Assembly: GCA_040285825.1 (NCBI GenBank)
Contig: JAUPSS010000006.1
Span: 1,116,001 to 1,180,000 of the forward strand
Reading direction: 5' to 3'
DNA length: 64,000 bases
Source: Eukaryota sp. TZLM1-RC
Taxonomy: Eukaryota; Protista; Metamonada: BaSk clade
The position numbers and the translations under genes are program-made. A model generated the notes under the pieces. It saw only the letters and a list, made by a program, of their open reading frames with translations. It did not search any database and was not told the origin of the DNA. Below are positions 60,101 to 64,000 of this stretch, in pieces (the stretch's first letter is position 1; each line of letters opens with the position of its first letter).

Positions 60101-61985
60101 TTTTTTTTAAAAAAATTTAATTTTATTCTAACCTATAAATCAACATCTAAAAAATCCATCTCTCCCAAAACAAAAACACTAGATGCAACTCTCTCATAGT
60201 GAGATCCAAGAGAAAGCAAAGCATCAGAAACCATCTTCAACATCCCCTTAAAAATAGAAAACACAATTCTATTTTGCCAAAACAATCTGTTGAAATTTCT
60301 CCCAGTTCTTCTCTTTACAATCATTTCAAAATCATCCAAAAAACGTAAAGCGGTTGGTGCAAGTGAACCAAAAAGGGAAAATACAAATGGATACAAATTG
60401 TATTTTGCATGCTGTAGACTGGCCAATTTGGACAAAGGTTCATTGTATTTTTTGAATTTAAAATTTTCAGCATTTGAAAGGGGATTATGAATTTCAGAAT
60501 TAACTAACCTTACATTTGAGGCATTACAAGGATAAACAGACATTACATCCAATAAAATGAAACTTCCATCTAATCCAGGTAATATAACATCTCCTCTATT
60601 ATTCTTATGAAAATCGTCTTCAGCATCAAACAGATTTGACAACAGAGGTTCCAAGAAGGATTCAATTCTATGAGATTTACACACACTATATAACTGGTCT
60701 CTTACAGCATCATGAACTTTGCTTCTAAAAGTAATAAAATGTTTACAATTTAACAAATGAGTAGTTGTAATTTCTCGAGAACATTTACAAATTAAATTAT
60801 GAGTTAAATTATCAGGCCAGATAAAGGAACGAAATCTCATATTCAGAGTCCAAGCAGAATCGGATAAGAGAGTACCATAAACTTGTGGAATTGTTGTTAC
60901 TAAGGCAGAAGAAGTACTGTCACACATATCTTGTAAAAGATTTGCAAAAGTGGGATTCTTTTTCTTGTCCAAGCCAAGTCTAACATCAAAATCCAAGCTT
61001 TCAAAAATCTTTGACAATTTTTGTTGAATCTTTTTACAGCAAAACTTTAAATTAAAAAGAGATCGGTTTGGAATTTCTTGAATTGATTGAGGAAAACATT
61101 TGGTCCAAATTTGTGGCGGTAATTTTTCAAGTTCACAAGATAACCCATACAAATAGGGACTACAATTGGGGACTAACAGATGAGAATCATCAGGAAATCT
61201 ACGAGAAAATTCATAAATAAAATTTTTGCCACCACCCAAGAATGCTGATTGACACAAAATTGAAGATTTAGTAAAACCAATACCACCCAAATTTGCTGAA
61301 GAAAACAAATGGCTTTTCAACATTCCTGGTTCTACATCCAATCAATCAGCAAAAAATTCTGTTCTCAATGAATTAAAAGAACGACAAAAATCTAATGCTA
61401 TGGAAGGAGCACAAGATCTCAAAATGTGGGTTATTCTCCCAGTGTAGCAAATTTTAAGCATGAAAAATTTAATATGCTTTTCTATATCTAAAGAAGAAAT
61501 TGACTCAAGTTCAATTTTCATTTTTTCCAAAATAACTTGCAATTTCATTCTGAATTTGAGGCACATTTCCTAACCAACAACCAAGGAACTTAAAAGCATC
61601 ACTACTATAATTAGTAAAAGGGACAATAGAATCGTTTATCACGAGGTCTTGAGCAGAAGAGCCAATCAGAAGGCATTTGCTGGCATTAAGATGAAGCCCA
61701 ATACTTTCATATGAATCGGCAATTTCTTGAGCAACCAATTCTAGTAAATCAAATGAACCAATCAAGGATATATCATCCATATAAGCAACTATTTTTATAG
61801 AAGGGTATTTTTGCTTAATGATATTTAAAGTTTTGTGAATAGCTAAACAAAACAATAATGGGCCTAAAGGATCTCCCTGCTTCACTCCAGAAGATGATTT
61901 AAGACCAAATGAATTAAAAATTAAATCTGATTCTTTCCCATAAAAATGGTAGAAAAAACTCGATAGCTCAGGAAAATCAGATTTA
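60101..61985 (-). mobile_element. CRE family A antisense copy (RT core to tail), preceded by a short B fragment at 60056-60100
   Basis: ORFs 61511-61885, 61342-61566, 60133-61341; poly(T) at 60101. Confidence 0.92.
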
Positions 61986-62029
61986 AAAATATAATATTTT
62001 TTTTAAAATCTTGTGAATAGAAGAAATCT

Positions 62030-62765
62030 CTTAATTTATTGAATTTGCACACTTGATTAAATTAAATCATAACTAATGGGACGACTATCATTAAACCAAG
62101 ATTTTCTCTACAAAATCTTGATTTGCTTGCTGTCTAGCTAAAGCTTCTCTAATTCGATTGAAAAACCGCGGTAATCTATTAATAATGGCAAATTGAATCC
62201 GTGAACGGCCTAAAAAATATCAAATCTTTTCATTGTTTTTTCTTTCACCATTTTTTGGAAGTCATCCAAAAAAGTTTCTGCTTCAACTGATAATCTTCCA
62301 TTTATCGAAAATGGGAAAGCAATAAAAACCAGCTGTGTATTTCTATCGATATTTGCATCTTCAATTTCTTTATCATATTTTCTATGTTTTTCTTTTGCTT
62401 TAAAATCCAGAGCAGCCACAGGATTAAGTTTTCTTCTGTGAACCAAAGTATCGTTTGCAACATTACATGAGACAAAGTCAACAATAGCTTCAGAATTATC
62501 AATCCAATCACAGTCTACATCACGTCTATCATCAGAACCAAAACTATTAAAAGAAAGTGTTTCTTTCAGCAGTAGGCTCTTTGATACACGAGATTCTTGC
62601 AGTTCGTGCCACATTATAACCAGTGTCTCTAACAACATCATGTAATGAAGAACGATAAGCCATCAATGTCGAACAATTCAGAGCATGACGCTAAAAGAGC
62701 TGTGGTGAATTCAAGCAAATAAATTTTTCTTTTGATAATTATTGATTAATGGGAATATTCAAATA
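62030..62765 (-). mobile_element. CRE family C 5'-truncated copy with 3' end
   Basis: ORF 62210-62641 and the C-type 3'UTR. Confidence 0.88.
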
Positions 62766-62848
62766 ATTACGGGTGTGCTGGATGAGAAGGATGGTGTGTT
62801 TTGTTTGCATTGAAATCAGCTTATTGTGTATAAACCAAGAATTGTGAA
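62766..62848 (-). pseudogene. Captured 5' fragment of ERH (leader + first 15 codons)
   Basis: Near-identical to 48229-48310; encodes MQTKHTILLIQHTRN. Confidence 0.9.
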
Positions 62849-62849
62849 C

Positions 62850-63420
62850 TTTTTTTAATTTCCAATTTATTATTTTCCAGAAACTAAACATAAAAATTGA
62901 TATTCTAAATCTGGATAGCCAACAAGAATTGACTGGAAGTTTTTTCTTCAAAAAAGCGATCAAGAAATAATAAAGCAGAAAACAATAATGGGACAACACC
63001 TTTAAAATTGAAAATACAATTCTGTTCCCCCAAAACGTTTTATCAAACATTCTTCCTGTACATTGTTTTACAACATTGTTTTAACCAAATCATTCAAAAA
63101 AGATGAAGCAAGTGGTCCAAGCGTATCATGTAAGGAGAAAGTAAATGGACAGAGGACATGATGAGTGTGAGATTCAGCATTCAAAAAAACCAACTTTGCT
63201 GCATATTTATCCATTTTAGGATTTTCAGCAACAGACTGCGGATTCTTGTGTTTTGACTGAACTGATGATATGGAAGAATTGTTACACACATCAGTTTATC
63301 TCACATCAGTAATGATAGTGGTCCCATCAAGTCCTTCAAGCATTAAATCACCTCCGTTGCGACCAAAAGAATTCAAAGTATCTTCATCAACCAAACGAAA
63401 AAACGTGGTCAAAGTAGCAA
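62850..63420 (-). mobile_element. CRE family G RLE/3' fragment
   Basis: GGDLMLEGLDGTTIITDV, AENPKMDKY, CPFTFSL, FWGNRIVFSILK, AATAAA and A-run. Confidence 0.75.
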
Positions 63421-63565
63421 AAAACCTCACGTGAAATATTTAAAGAATTTAAGATGTGAGTTTTTTTCCTGAAACCCAAAACAGTTTTTGTCTTTGAGCA
63501 ACAAATGTTCTGTAAATAATGAAGTTGTAAGCAATAAAAACGATTTGTGACTCTACATATCTATA

Positions 63566-64000
63566 ATGGGTGGGCATCCTGGTAGCTTCTTGTGTCTGGT
63601 TCACAGAGGTTTGCTCCTTGAACCGGGTGTTCTCCCATGTGGCCATTCGTTTTGCGACTCCTGCCTAGATGAGTGGTTAGTGCTGATCCAAACTTGTCCT
63701 TCCTGTAGAACTGCTGCTTCTCACGATATATCTAGAAACAATCAGCTAGAAGACCATATCAAGGATGTTCTTAAGCCAAATGTCATCCAGTCCGATGACC
63801 TGAAAAATTTGTCTCGTTTGAAACGCACTCCGAGCGCCACCATTCATGCCGCAGTAGTGAATCAGACAGATGTGATCTGAAAGCAGCCTTTTTTCTCCGA
63901 AGAGGACCTTGAACTTGTTCGAGAAGTTGTTGCTAAAGTTTATCAAGTATATCGGTTTCTCAACTCACCGTCTCACATGGTCAGTGTTTTAGGTGTTACT
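63566..64000 (+). pseudogene. RING finger fused to a kinase-like N-lobe; in-frame TGA at 63878-63880; runs off the window
   Basis: CxxH...CGHSFCDSC...CPSCR; the frame continues after TGA as KQPFFSEEDLELVREV...HMVSVLGVT. Confidence 0.6.

Overview
AT-rich eukaryotic DNA in the standard genetic code, most consistent with an anaerobic protist (ADP-forming acetyl-CoA synthetase, 29-31 nt spliceosomal introns, tRNA-Ile(AAT)). About half the window is retroelement DNA. Positions 1-18.5 kb and 24.5-29.4 kb are arrays of 5'-truncated CRE-clade non-LTR retrotransposons (RT plus restriction-like endonuclease) from several families, labelled A-G here. The arrays can be parsed into Russian-doll insertions with readable target-site duplications, later amplified by unequal recombination. 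The same machinery left a 37-bp tail-only insertion that frameshifts a host ORF, and a chimera carrying the 5' end of the ERH gene. Also present: a complete-bordered but decayed Ty3/gypsy element with a chromodomain-like C-terminus (121-bp LTRs, 4-bp TSD, no canonical tRNA PBS), a degenerate relative of it, and a hAT-like MITE. Host genes: beta-alpha ACD, a gamma-tubulin complex component, HAUS3, TMF/Sgm1 golgin, an Mx-like dynamin with 3 introns, ERH, a membrane protein, a RING-kinase-like gene and a REase/kinase-like pseudogene. Family names and product calls come from motif recognition only; no searches were run, and fragment boundaries are approximate.
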